Positions 35,532-49,011 of a stretch of DNA of 64,000 nt are shown one piece after another. Within the stretch, counting starts at the first letter, position 1. Each line of letters opens with the position of its first letter. Position numbers and translations under genes: made by a program. The DNA lies in NCBI GenBank assembly GCA_905178155.1, contig CAJINV010000024.1, positions 75,519 through 139,518 of the forward strand, in the 5' to 3' direction. The notes under the pieces are model-generated. The model saw only the letters and a program-made list of their open reading frames with translations. It made no database searches and was not told where the DNA came from. The DNA comes from Amoebophrya sp. A120 (taxonomy: Eukaryota; Protista; Dinoflagellata).

Positions 35532-38500
35532 TCACAACCTTATTCTGCAGCACTGCAACGTCGAAATACCGTAAGGCGCTCCTCTGAAGTTGTAGGCTTC
35601 GAATTCGTCCAGGAATCGCATCCCTTGGAACAAGTACTCTGCCACCATGCCGATCCGACACCGCTCCTCTCGCAGAATATGTTTCCTCGTGCCCTCGGCC
35701 AGAGCTTCTGCATCTGTATCCGCGCCGTTGCCCATAATGTAGGCCTGCAGCGAAGCCTGCAGCGTATTCGTTCCCTCAGTGTTTATCGTGGTGCGGGACG
35801 AGACTCCGAATGGATCATCCCACACCACAACTGGCTTGCCTTCAGCGGCGCCTGAGCCATCGCGGTTCGGTGTGGCTGGCAAGCTTTCGTGAAAGTAATA
35901 TCGAAAGGAAACGCTCAGCCATCTCTTGTAGGCGTCCCACGACCCTGCAATGTCAGCGCACTTGCTCGTTCATTTTCAGACAGTAAGCAATGTATACGGC
36001 CTGTCAGCCGAATATGAATATCTATGTATATCTCCATTATATGGCTTGGGAGCTACACAAGCGATACGCAAGAACACGATGCAAAGAAGGCTGCAATAAA
36101 GGATCGTGGGCCGTGGGCTCGCAAGTTGAAAATAGGCAGCTTACACGCACATACGAAATTCCACACTTTTACGAAAAATTCCTTGTCTTGCGGCACGCAG
36201 CCGGACCGCAGACGCTCTGCACCGTAAACCGTCGCTTCCACAGTGGGCCAGCCGCGTGTTTTCAGATATCCGTACTGCGGATGGAATAACTGAGTGTTAT
36301 TGATCTTGCAGAACGGCATCATTGCCATGATTGTACTTACCTGATTATTTGTGTTTCGAGTTTGTTGCCCTGCGTCACAATCGAAAGAACGACGTATCGT
36401 ACCATCATCACGCAAAAAGCGCACGAGCACTTCTCCATCAGATGCTAGGATTCAGTGCTATTCGCGCACATTTACAGCGACTGAGCCAGAAAAATAAGAA
36501 AATCATGGGGTTCTCTACCTTCCACGTATCAGGATCGAAACGCGTCTCAGTCGGATACGGTGGCGGGTCATGATTGCCAAGATGTGCTGCTAAGAATCGA
36601 TTTGCTACTGCGAGATGGTCCCAGTCAAGATCAATGTCTGCGTTCCAGAAATCTCCAGGTTTCCTGTTGCCCTCGACGCGCTCGGTCAGCACTTCTAAGA
36701 AGAGGTCTTCGCAGCTTATCCCGTGATCTTGCCGGGTCTTCAGATCTGGAACGTTGGAATACAAATCATGATCTAGCGCAGCAAGCGCTTGTGGGTCGTG
36801 GCTACCGAGGCCTTCTGCGGCCTGCGTGCCGACTACCTCACCTGCCGCGTCCTGCCGTGCCGAAGATGAGCTTGAGGAGCTGGAGCCCTGTGCGGCGAGA
36901 GGGCCAAGTAGAACAGTGTCTGTCGATAGGTTGTCATTGGGTGCAACAGCGGGCGAGGCCGGGTTACAGTGGAGGTCCTCTTCTCCGCGCCCGGTCTCCG
37001 ACGTCGGCTCGGGCGCATTTTCAGAAGCGCTGCCAACTCCTTGTTCGTCTTGATCATCTTCTTCCCCATCGTGGGAAGAAGATGAGCCCGCGTCTTCGAA
37101 ATCGTCTTCATTCCAGTCAAACTGGTCGTCATAACCGCAAACCGACGAATTGGTGTCACCATCACAATTTCTCGCACCATCATCTGCACTGCTGTGATTA
37201 TCGTCATCGCCACCACCGCCTGTAGCCGCGCCGGGACGGGCACCCGGATCTGGAGATGCGTCGCGGTCGCTGCGACGTCCGCCGGGTGGCGACATCGACC
37301 TCGAGGGGGTCCCGATAGAAGGGACATCGTCCTCCACACCCCGCCTTCCCCGTGCTGGAGCATGAGGAACAAGTGGACTCACATCGCGTCCATGTTCTCC
37401 CAGTCGTCCGACGTCTCCTTCAGTGCCTGGTGTGGGAGAATCTCCGGGATTAGACACAACAACTTCCCCGCCATCGCCACCCGAATCCAGTAAGGCTGAA
37501 CCTTCCCCGGAAGGGGCACTCGGACCTGGTTGCGGACGCGGCTCTTCTTGGCTAACACTACCTCCTGCAGCTGCTGCTGGATTCGAAGCTGAAGTTTGCG
37601 GAGCAGCAACGACCTCATCGCGACTAGATTGAATATCACTGCCCGCTGCGCCAGCAGTCCCAGTGGATGTTGAGGAACCAGGAAAAATTTCTCCTTCCGC
37701 ACGATCGCTCATTCCAGTACCAGAAGCACCTTGCGCAGAACCGCTCTCGTTGTTCACACTCGGATTCATTGGAGTAGCTGCGCTACTTGAATGTTGGTCC
37801 GAAACAAGATCGGTCCTGCCACTACCCGCAGCTGCCGACTGGTCAGATCCAACATCAACGCCACAACCCGAATCACTACTCGGAGCCGTCGTGGACTGTA
37901 GTTCCGCACTGTCGGAAGTGCCTGTTCGCGGTCGCGTTTGCGCGGTGTCTGTTCCGTCTTGCTGCGGCAACATCTCCTGCTGCGCAGGAATACTTGATGT
38001 GGCAGCAGAATGGATAAGTTCTTGGCCTTGCTGTAGCTCAGCATCCTGATGAAGGCTGGTAGTTTCCGACGACTGGTTTCCTTCCTCGCCTTCTCTTGTC
38101 CTTTGCTGTGCTCCCGTTTCGTGGTTTTGCTCAGCACTGCTCGTCCTTTGCCCGGTGCTGGGACTACCACTCGTACTACCCGTCTGATCAGCACTTTCCG
38201 GGGGATCAGGCGATGACGCGGACGGAGCAGATGATGGTGACCCAGCTCCTGCTGCTGGTACTTCACCTGCTTGAGCTTCTCCAGCATCCGAATCAGCAGA
38301 ACTGGTTGCAATTCCTGGACTTGCAGTCGAAGCCGCGGTCGGCTCAGCAGGTACTGTCGGCTGAGCCGGCACCGCAGCAGCAGGAACCACTACTGGCGCA
38401 GGGGCGGAAACAGGCCCTGCAACGTGTGCAGGAGGCCCGGGAGCGGCCGGTGCTGGCGCCGGTCCTGCTGCACCACCAGGGGTCGGAGCAGCGGGTTTTG

Positions 38501-41500
38501 CCTTTGGTTTCGCCGGCGCTAGAAACTCCGGGGCGTAAGCGGGTCCTGGGGGTAACAAGCTCGAGAGCACGGATGAAGGGGAGCTCTGAGTAGGAGGAGA
38601 AAGCGGCTGATGCTGCGGAGGAGCTTTTGGTGGGCCGCTAGGGTTTCCTCCATGTGGACCACTACCGCCACCGCCACCTCCATCCCCGTTGAAGATTCGT
38701 GTCGGGACCAGAATATTCGGCTTATACCCGCCGCCGAAGCCGCCAAACGGATACTCGTCCCCAGATGATCCCAGCTCTGCTTTTTGTTTGTTCCCCTCGC
38801 TAACGTTGCCCATATGCACCGCCAGGCCCGTGGCGCCAGCGAGAAGACAAACGGCGACGATGCTGATGATGATGGTTGAGAGCGAGGAGGCCAAAAAAGC
38901 GGCACAGGGGCCCGCGGAGGATGTTGAGGATGAGGAGGGGTCCTCTATCAGGGGGTGAAATTTGTCTTGCGTAAGGTCCTCGTGGTCAAGAACATCTTCA
39001 CGTGCACAAAAACTTGGTGTCCTCGTCGTGTCTCTTTGCGCTTCCTCGTCGAAACTTTGTGTCGCAGATGCCAAGCATGCGGTCTTGTTCCTGGAAGCAG
39101 GAGCAACGTCTCTTCCTGTGTCATCTTCCGCCTTCTGAGGCTGCTGATGTGACAGAGAGGCATTCTCGGCTCCTTCCCTTTCAGGAGGTAGTTCCTGAAC
39201 ATTTATCCCATCCATCTCCTCCTCAGAGGATGACACCAGCTCTGGCTCGTGCTCTTCTGGTGGTTCATTTTCGAACTTTCGCTTGCCATGTCTGGTATCT
39301 TTTCCCTCGCCAGCTGAAGCCCCGTCCTCTCCGTCGATTTGGCCTGTACTAGCGCCATCGTCATCCTGCTGTCCAAGACCATTCTGCCGTCGTGCCGATA
39401 ACCCCGCTCCCTCACCACCGGTAGTGCCCTCGAGAGCAGTCGTCGAGTTGTAGGAGTAGCTCTCTTGTTTCGCCAAAAGCGGTAAAAACGCCGTCTGATC
39501 GATGTATTCCTCTTCGTAAATGTCCGACAGCCGGCGGCCCTTCCATTTCGTCGTCTTCCCCTTCATGTCTTCTTCATTGACCAGGTTCTTCGGCGTTTTC
39601 AGTAGCAGCTTTTGCTGTCTCTTCTTGGTCGTGGTTCCTCCACGACCTACTTGGCCTGGCTGCAAATTCGCAAAATCATTCTGAAGATCATCTCCTTCTG
39701 GCGTCTCCAAATACTTCAGCACCGTCTGCGCGTCCCACCGCCTTTCCCACCGCCACCGCAGCGTGACCTGCAGTAGTGATACCAGATGGCCGAATAGCGC
39801 CGCGTCTTGCTCTTCCCACCTGCGGGATTTCGAATACAGAATCCGGACCCGGGAATCCGCCACGGCGAACTGCGCCCGCATCCCGCAGCCCTCTAAATGC
39901 TCGTACGGCGCCCGCCCGTACAGCAACTGGTAGAGGATGATCCCCAAGGCCCAGACGTCGGCCGCCGGGCGCATCTTCAAACTCGCCGACCCCTCGTCCG
40001 GTTGGTAGAACGCCTCGGGCGGCATGTAGCGTGGCGTGCCGCACTGGCGGTCGCGGGAGACATGGGTGATGCCCTCATCCTTGTTGATCCCCCGCGCGAG
40101 GCCGAAGTCAGAGACCTTCACGATGTTGTCCACGATGAGAAAATTCGCGGGCTTCAGGTCAAAGTGGATCAACCCGAGGCTGTGGATGGCCGCGACGCCA
40201 GCGACCATGTCGCGCCAGAGATTGCGAATATCGTAGATAGAGAAGATTTCGTAGTTTTTCCGAAGAAAGGAGTGCAGGTTGGGTATCGGAGGGGAAAGGA
40301 GGTGCGTTGGTTGTCCAATGGAGAGGATATTTTGTCATGCTCATCTATCGCGTGGTACAAAATGGCAATGACAAATTACATGCGCCTGCGGCTGCACGAC
40401 TCCTACGAGTCAATGAATATGCACAAGCTGCTTCTTGCCGCGCGCATCAACGCGTGCCATCTTCTGAATCGCTGTTTAGAATCAGAGAAACTTAACTATC
40501 TCTTTCAAACAAACCAACACAACCCTTTCCATCCCATACCACAGTCCGCGAATTCCAACAGAATGTGGATCACCAAGTCTTTTGGAAAAAATTTCGCTTC
40601 GCCGATCATCTTCACTACCCGCAGCTCGTCCACCGCGTTGTGTCTACCATTCTGGGTACTAGTTCCGGCCTTCGCTGCCCGATTTTTGTCCCGCAAAGCT
40701 CGCAGCCAGTTTACCTCCATGGCGAACGAGCGCATTTGCCTCGCGTCCCGAGCATAGACGACTTTGAGTGCGTAGCGGGTAACGGATAACTGAGAAGCTT
40801 GCTCCTTGTTTCGACTTGCACTGCTGCTTGTTCCATTGTGCTGACCACTTCGCGACGCGTCATGGTTGGAGCTATAGTTGGCCCCACGACTCCCCGATCC
40901 CGAGGTCGTTGTAGTTGATCCTGTATCTCCCACACAAGTTCGCAAATCCACGCACTCGAACACCTCCGCCGACCCGCCCTTCCCGATCCGCTTCACAACT
41001 TCGAGCAATAAAGTCGGCTTGTTGAAGTCCACGTGATGGTTGTCAACCACCTGTTCCCCCATGCAGATGACCATGCCGGGGCCAACGCGGGCGGTGGCGG
41101 TCTATCCTGAGTAAAAACGTACCCACACCAAAGTTGTAATGCAGATTTGCAAAGACAGGACGACTTGTAATGCGCATCCCCATGAGAGCCATTTCCAATC
41201 GTGTTTTGGAATTTGTGATGCTCTGAACAGGATGAGCAGCTGAATCTGTGATGCGGCTTCGCTTGCTAACCAGCGCTACACTGCGTAGTGCAATTTGTCA
41301 TGCGTGACTCCCAAAACTCCTAGGTTTGTGTTGCAAAATCCCAATACTGACTCTGGTGTGGGGACGTTTTTACTCAGGATACGGTCACAGCGATGTTTTT
41401 CCGCTGGATAAACGCAACCGTGGAGAGTAGGGAGTCGTTTTCTTTGTACGAATATCAAATGTAAAAATGTCTGGGTCTGGAAGAATGCAACTTGTCATGC

Positions 41501-43278
41501 TAAATCTGAAACAAGCAAGAATCTGAGTTGCATGATTACCAAAAGTCGTCCAGTTTTGACCAAGTCGGGAGGGGGTTTCTCATGCAGGATAGGCATGAGA
41601 GAGGTCGCGCAGAATATGTCATGCTAGGTCCTGCATTATAGACCTCATGGGTCATGGAAAAGCTGCATGACAAATCGCTCACTCTTCCAGACCCAGACAT
41701 TTTTGCATTTGATAACGAAGTCCGGCAGTCCTCGTCGTTGAAATACTCCGGTATGTCGCTCGGGGAGTTGAGAAAGGGGGCGTTGTGGCGCCCGTAGACG
41801 GGGATCGTGCTGCAGCTCGCGGAGGTAATAACTACGGGCTCGGGCGCATGTTGTTGGTTCTGCGCATTTATGTTCGCAGGACTCGCATCGCGGGCTGGAT
41901 CCTCGATATCGCCAGGAATCTCAGCATACGAACGGCGATCTGCATCACCGCGGAGGATGCCATCAGGCGCGGGAGAAGGCTCGACCTTTTGATCCGCGCG
42001 TCTGGGAGCTATCGGTGCGGGATCCGGGACGACGGGGGCCTGGTGGTTGTCGGCCTTGTCGCTGCACCATCCAGAGCTGGTAGTGTCGCGAGGATTTCTG
42101 ATATGAAAACCGCGACGTCCACCATTCTCCGCTTCAGCTACAGGCTGAGCTTCTTCTTGCTTCTGGTGAAGCACTGACTCCACATTTCGCTGTAGCTCGT
42201 TCTTACCGTTTGACATGCCAACCACAGCCACCTTTGGCAAGTCCGCCTGGTAGACGAAGTCTTGCAGTCCTTGAGGCTGCTGGTCGTTTTGGCCAGCATT
42301 TTGGTGTCGCTCCTGCGGTGCGGCGGGCTGTTTGTCACCGTTTTCGCAGTCGGCACTGCTTTCGAAACTGGTTTCTCTGTTTTCCAGCCGCCCTGTGGCT
42401 GTGCGGGAGTTCTTGTGCTTGTTGTCGCGATAGGCATCAGTGACACCCGCATGGTCCTCAACATCATGTCTGACCCTGGGAGCAGCCAAGGAATAAGATC
42501 TCTCGGAGGTGGTCTCTCTGTTCGGATTGTAGGACGAATATTGGTCAAGGTCATCTGGTGTCGCCGCAGGCCGTATTTCCACTTGGCCGCGGCCAGAGCG
42601 CCGCGCCGGAGGAGCTCCAGCACCTCTATCGCTTCTTAATATCACATCATCCTCAATCGTGCTTGTCGCTGCTGGCCTCCTGGCGTCGTTCTGGTCTTGG
42701 TAGTACGAGCTTCCATAATTTTTGCTGGCGGAAAATACACTGGTGCCCACTACAGCTGCACCGTCGTAGGAGGTGCGGTTCTCCACTTGGAAAGCGCGAC
42801 GGCCGTGTGGAATTATAATTCCCCGATCTGGTGGCAGGCCCTGCTCCGCCTCGTGCGCAGCATGCCACTCATTTTGGGCAGCCCGGTCTTGCACAGCTTC
42901 TGCTTGGTGTCCCACGCTGGCCCCAAAGTCTCCGGCTCCGGCATAAGCCTGTGCATGGCCACAAACTTCCGCTTGTTCAATCGTGGTCGCAGTATGCAAC
43001 GCCGACGTTGCTTGCGTGGGAACTGGGGCGACGGGTAAAGGGTAGGTGGGTACGTCATGCTCTTCTTGGACAAAGCGCGCACGGTTATTTTCGAAGCGTC
43101 TATTCGTGTTACCCGGCACTGCTAAGTCGCGGCCGGCATTAGCAGCTCCACATGGCTGTTGTATGCCACCGTGCGGATCGGGATGGTGAGGGTTAAAATT
43201 TTTACATTGATCAGTTGGAATCGCGGGTCGTGGGGGATTGTCGTTGGGCTCGAAATGGTGGTCGCGCCGGTCGCCCAT
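35532..43278 (-). CDS. Mps1/TTK-like Ser/Thr protein kinase with a downstream TM segment, long low-complexity stalk and C-terminal secreted-family domain (both gene ends approximate)
   Basis: IGKGGSAEVF, YALKVV, IHFDLKPANFLIV, DFGLA, RDRQCGTPRYMPPEA, DVWALGIILYQLLYG. Exons rejoin in frame after removing the introners at 40284, 41103 and 41453. TM: IIISIVAVCLLAGATGLAV. Family motifs: SCEDLFLEVLTERV (~36700) and VVVWDDP...RCRIGMVAEYLFQ (35532-35882). Confidence 0.8.
40284..40538. mobile_element. Older introner-like intron in the kinase domain (distinct TIR)
   Basis: TATCGGAGGGGAAAGG vs reverse complement of the right end TATGGGATGGAAAGG; TSD decayed; element+5 nt excision restores FAD..LHSFLRKNY. 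Confidence 0.7.
41103..41381. mobile_element. Introner (family 5) in kinase gene
   Basis: TIR TATCCTGAGTAAAAACGT, TSD CGGTC. Confidence 0.93.
41453..41714. mobile_element. Introner (family 1) in kinase gene
   Basis: Family 1 TIR, TSD ACGAA. Confidence 0.93.
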
Positions 43279-44534
43279 AGGGTACAGCTCCGGGTCGTTC
43301 CACAATCAGAAGGAAGAGTCACTGGCTTCTAGGTAAAAATAAAGGGGTGTCGGTGTCGCTCCATTTGTCGATGTCGATGTTTTGCCGTTAGTTATTATAC
43401 AACTTTTACTCGTCGAAAGACAAAGAGATAGTCACAAACCCTTTTCGGAAGAGATTAGATACTACAACTGCATGCGCAAAAATGCGACCCTCGTTAAGAG
43501 AACTGCTCGCTCCTCATGCGTCTTTCAGCCCGTTGTCGTGTTTTTCGGATCTCCACCCGCGACTGCAAGATTGTAAAAACGCCTTCAGAGCTGCAACAAG
43601 TTTGTGCTCCGATCGGGATGGGCTTCTCGTCGAATTGAATGTAGACACTTGCAACTCCATGCGTATCTGATGTGGCTTCAATTGTACAAATAAGTAAACT
43701 CCTTTCTAAAGATGAAAAGTCGACACATAATTATATATCTTTGAAATTGCGTGCTGAAACTGAAACCGGTGGGATGGATGCTGAGTGTCTTACAAAATTT
43801 TTTTTCTGCTCGTCCGGCAACTACTTTATCATATCTGGAAAAATGAAACGGTGAAAAGTGAAAGCGGTTTTTTTTCTCTAGATTCTCGTCCACCCGTATA
43901 TCGATAAAACAATGTTGAGTGACTACAAAAGGGCTTCCAAGTTGTGCTAGTCATCATACACTAAATTCCAGAAACGTTGCCGGCTGTCAAAGGCAGTCTC
44001 ATGGAGGAATTATCTAGGGCTATGTCTACGTACTGAAACAATGGTCGCCAATATACCGCAACCACAACTGCCCGTGCCTGAAGCGATGTTGAAAAAACGA
44101 TTGTTTTTATTGAAACACATAGAGTGGTGCTGAGACGATGCCACGACGACGAGAGGCGATCCGACAGAACGACTAAATACGATTAGATTTATTTCCATAA
44201 AAGCGATTTTAATTTCAGGTCGCGAGAAGAAGCAGATGATTTTTACAAGCAAGAGCAGTCTGGGCGATGAGAAGTAAAAAAGGGTTTTCGATTTATTTGA
44301 CTTTTGCGAATTAGTGTTCATCTTGAGAGCCTCGCACTATTGCCATTTCTGCATGTCAAGATGTGTAATTTCTTCGACACCATGAACTGCCAGCCGGTAA
44401 TGCACTATGTTGGAAATGGATCACCAGACTCACTGACATGGACCTTGACGTAGTAGTTGATCTCATCGCAAGTGAACGTTATCGGAGCAGGTAGTATCTT
44501 GAGAATATGAATAGGATTGTGCAGCCCATAACGT

Positions 44535-44786
44535 TATCAAATGCAAAAGTGTCTCGGTCTGGAACAGTGGAACTTGTGATGCGTGTCTTGCATTCCTGGA
44601 AAATCTGTGTTGCATGAGCAGCAAAAGAGGAGCTTGTTTTGTGATGCAAAAACGCAATTTGTGATGCGTGGTAGGCATCAGCAGGCGTCTCCAAAACTTG
44701 TCATGCCTGGCTGCCATTGCAAGCGCTTCATTCATGCTCAATTCAGCATCACAGATTTGCAGACCCAGACACATTTGCAGCGCATA
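44535..44786. mobile_element. Introner (family 1) upstream of the kinase ORF; host exon not resolved
   Basis: Family 1 TIR, TSD AACGT/AATGT. Confidence 0.88.
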
Positions 44787-45175
44787 AATGTCCATCTTCC
44801 TCCCGCATGCTTCAACATCGTCAATTTCAAGGGAGGTTCTTTGAGCTATTCATACATGGAATGCACCGGGAACGATCATGATCATGTTGATCCTGCATCC
44901 GTAGCCGGAATAAACCGTGTTGCTCTTCTTCGAGCGCACGAAGCTGCCGTAAAGAGAAGAAGAAGAACTGCAGTAGAGGCGCGTTTATGTCGCAGCTCAC
45001 AATGGATCATTATCACCTGCTCTTCGGATGATCAGCACAACTACTCCAAGCGCATTTTGGTGGAACCGTCGAGAAGTAGTTTTTTTGGCATCCTCCACAA
45101 GAAGTGGCCGATTCGCAGGTCTTGTTGTCTTCGCGCGATGAATTTTTCTTGTGCTTGTATATATTTATTTATGTC

Positions 45176-45242
45176 TTCGTAGAGGGCTATCGTTCGTAGA
45201 GGGCTATCGTTCGTAGAGGGCTATCGTTCGTAGAGGGCTATC
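45176..45242. repeat. 17-bp minisatellite x4
   Basis: TTCGTAGAGGGCTATCG in tandem, no spacers. Confidence 0.95.
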
Positions 45243-47431
45243 AATTGTAAGAGAAGACCAGGAATTTCGATGTCGGTATACGTGTTGGGCAGTTCGAAGA
45301 TGCCACGTCGTTAGCGCCAGGTGTTGAGTATGCATGAACTAGACAAAATATTATGACTCACAACAGATGACAACTTGGGGCAGATGAAGAGGTATGCTTG
45401 TATGATATGTAGTTTCAGATACCTCGGATGCCCCAAGCAGACAATGGTTGCGTGTTTCTCTTTCACACAGACATTTTTTCTGGTCTTTTTTTGTCAATCG
45501 ATACGGGTGCTGCGTGGATACAGTAAATTTTACGTAGCGCCTGCCACTAGTAGGAGTGAGCATCTGGTGGCAACAGGCAAGAAGCTTACTAATTACGCCG
45601 TGAAGGCAAATGGAGGACGATGCGAAGGGGGACATGATAACGGAGATGCCGACAGGTACGCATCCCGGGGTCCTCGTTACAAAGTGAGAACAACGCCGGA
45701 CGGTGTAACTCATTTTAGGACACCCAAGAGGATGCACCAGCGGAAAGTGTTTTTGTACGGAAGCACTAGGTCACGCAGTAAGAGGTCGGTCCATAGGACT
45801 TTTTCGGCCCTTCATCATCATCATCATCATCTTCGCGCGATGAATTTTTCGCAAAACTCCACCTCCTGCACCAGCCTCGCCGACAACAGAGCCACTTTCT
45901 CATTTTTGTGAAAAACTAGAAGAACTAACTCGTGGTCCGGCAATGTCGAAGACTTGCACTTCTACTCTACTCTAGGCCTATTAACTTCTGCTAAGCGTCA
46001 ACGACAAACTCAGCAACGCTGCGCTTGTTCCAACACAAAATGTTCCGACAGAGAACGCAACATTGGTTCTGTATGCAATTACGAAACAAGGACAAGGAGA
46101 AGAACGGCACAACTACCCGCGGCTGACGCAAGGAACAGAGCAAGATTTATTTAGAAGGAACAGAGCGAGATTTTACCTTTCGCATCGCAATCATTTTCGT
46201 CCCCTGATCGTTAAAAAGCAGCCGGCCGCAGTTGCAGCCTCACTATACCTAGCCTGCATAGCCGCTGCCGCTGTAAGCTGGGTATAGCATAGCTGCAACG
46301 GCGGCTGGCTGCTGTCAGCACTGCAGACGAGACAGCTGCTGACTGCATGGTCATAATTTTTTTTTGTCATCATAAGCTTTTGGTACAAGGGATAGATAGT
46401 ATTAATTTTCATCAGCTGCTTCCGTGTTTCTTTTTCATCCTCGATCGACTGTACTGGCGAAAGGCAATTGATCGACACAATTCCTTCCGGCGTGATATGG
46501 TGGCTATTGACTTGTTAACTTTCAAGTCAAAAACTCGCATCGCCTATCTGCGTGTATGAATACTGGATCATGATCGACGGGGATCGGAATTTGTATGTAA
46601 TGCTAATTTCGAATATTAACGATAATTAATTTCGAATAGGAATAGACTAGTGTTGAGATGGACAAAAACCACAAATCTTCGTAGTTCGCGTTTCGTGTTT
46701 GTCAGCTTGTAATGCTACTTCTGCATCTCCCATGCTACGCACCTGCTCGCGACATTGACAACAACTATTGTAGTTGCGTCACACAGTCGCTGCATGGCAG
46801 GTTGTATTTCAGTTTGAATAGAGTCGTCCCTACTTTTCAATATCCTGTCCACATAACGCTACAGAAATATTTTGGTTACACAGGTGAAACACGCAAAAAA
46901 TCTTTCTAACTATGAATGTGAGACAGGATTCATCGATTGCTATGGAATAAAAGGTTTCAATTCACAACTTGAATACTTACATTTTGGATCGTCTATAATT
47001 GTACGTTAAAAACCGGAATTTCATCCTTATTGACTTCTGACAAACATCGACATTTCTATACTAGCTGGTGAGCACATTTCGATTTTTTCCTATACCGTTC
47101 TTTAAGTGAGTGCTCAGAGTCGTGAGACTTATTTCTTCTCTTCTTCTGAACCCCTCTCCCGAAGTAGACTTACTCGAAAAGGAGAGATGGTCGTCCATCT
47201 GGTGAATGAATTGTGACTAAAGTAGTGCTGGTGGGCCGCTTTATGATGACAGTCATCTTATGTATAAAAATAGAAAAACAAAACAAGTACAGAACTGGCT
47301 GAGAAGAAAACAAAACAAGTCGCATGATTCGTACTTTCATCCCGCGAACTATTTTGCTCACCTCTTCCGCCCACTCGCCGCGCTCCTTCCCCCGCCGCCA
47401 CCTTTCCGGACCGTTGACTTTGCGTTCCTGG

Positions 47432-47584
47432 TATCCTGTGCAAACGTATCGTACTCGTAGTAATCGCATTTATGCATCACAAATCTACTTGCTATTGCAA
47501 ATCCGCATTACAAATGAAATTTGTAATGCTGAGCCAATTTGTATTGCGATTTATACAACTAGCACGATACTTTTGCAGTTCATA
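47432..47584. mobile_element. Introner B1 (family 2), B-specific
   Basis: TSD CCTGG; empty site in A at ~1186. Confidence 0.93.
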
Positions 47585-47648
47585 CCTGGCCGCCTGTGCC
47601 TTCGCTTTCGCTTTGGCCGCGGCCGCCGCGGCTTTCGCCCGGGCTTTC

Positions 47649-47866
47649 TATCGCAAGAAAAAGGTGTTTACAGATACACATTGTGTTGCATGCGAAGCAA
47701 GACAGACAAGTTCTGTCATGCGGGAAATGCTTGCCAACCTCATTTCATTCGTGATTTCCCTTGTAGTCTGCGCAACACAGGTTTTCTTTGCCATGTCGAG
47801 CAACTTTGTGATGCAGAAACTCCAACAAATGTGTTACTGTAACACTTTTAGTTTTATCCTGTGATA
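47649..47866. mobile_element. Introner B2 (family 3), ortholog of A1
   Basis: TSD CTTTC, sequence nearly identical to A1. Confidence 0.9.
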
Positions 47867-48682
47867 CTTTCTGCTGCTGTGCCAGTAACTTCGCCTGCTT
47901 CTCTCGGGCCTCCCTTTCCAAGCGAATCGCCCGGGCCTTGTTCTTTTCCCGTTTCCTCCGCTGCAGTTCCTTCTGGTACGGCCTCTTCAAGCGGACGTAA
48001 TCGACCGTGCCGCGCTTAGACAGCGTCGTTGGGAGGAGGAGCATGTTTTCGAGATGTAGATCGAACTCGGGATCTTCCGGTTCCTCTTCCACTAGCAATT
48101 GCTGTTGTGCTGCCTGCCGCTGTCTCATCACCTCCTTGGCAACAACATCTTGCGCTCCTGCTTTTCCAGTAGTTCCCAGCCCGAGAAGACCTCGCGACGT
48201 GCCGCTCTGATGGTTCAGAATTCCAGGCTTATTCTGTCGTTGCAGATTGATTTTATGAACTGCCGAAGATGAGGATGAGGATGAAGAAGACTGGTTGATC
48301 GTAGGTCTTTGAACACCGCTACTACTTGGTGGAAGTTTATTCACATTAGAACTCGGCAAGGAACTACTTGCACTGGAGTCGTAGTTCTGCAGCCCCATAG
48401 TAGCGCTCTTTCCGCTTCTGCCGTGTAGTTCCACCCTCTTCGCAACTGCGCCATGCGCAGCTGCCCTCTTCATGATCCCTGTGCCGTGTAGTTGAACTTG
48501 TGTTATCCCACTACCGGTTCTGGCGACTTTCCCTTGTCGCGCGGGCCCACTTCCAGGCGGCAGCATCGTCTTTTTCAGGTGTTTATTCTGCTGCTCCACA
48601 AGTCTAGCTTGCTGTTCTCGAAGTTGACTTGCCTGCTCCTCCTGTTCCTTGTCCGCCGCCTCTTTCGCTTCCTTTTCAGCTT

Positions 48683-48958
48683 TATCGAATGCAAATATCC
48701 CTGGATGTCTGGAAGACCGCAGAAGCTTGCCATGCTGTTTTTCCGTAACACGAAAGGTCTGGCATGCAGACTGTAGTTTTAATATTACAGGTCTTGACTA
48801 TTTCAATGCCTAATTCGCATGACAAATCTTCTCTTTGCTCAGTGAGTCAAAGTGGGTCACTTCTTTTGCTGTCCGCGCATGACAGATTTTTGTGTGACTT
48901 GAAATGCGCATGACAAGTTCGGGTCCTTCCAGACATGCAGGGATATGTGCAATGAATA
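48683..48958. mobile_element. Introner B3 (family 1-like), B-specific
   Basis: TSD AGCTT/AGCCT; empty site in A at ~2800. Confidence 0.88.
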
Positions 48959-49011
48959 AGCCTTCTCCCGATAAAACTTGTTTCGGTTGAAAATCTCGTG
49001 TAATAACGAGT

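Noticed and set aside
45176-45242. Possible mini CRISPR or iteron array
   Set aside because: Head-to-tail 17-mers without spacers; a simple minisatellite.
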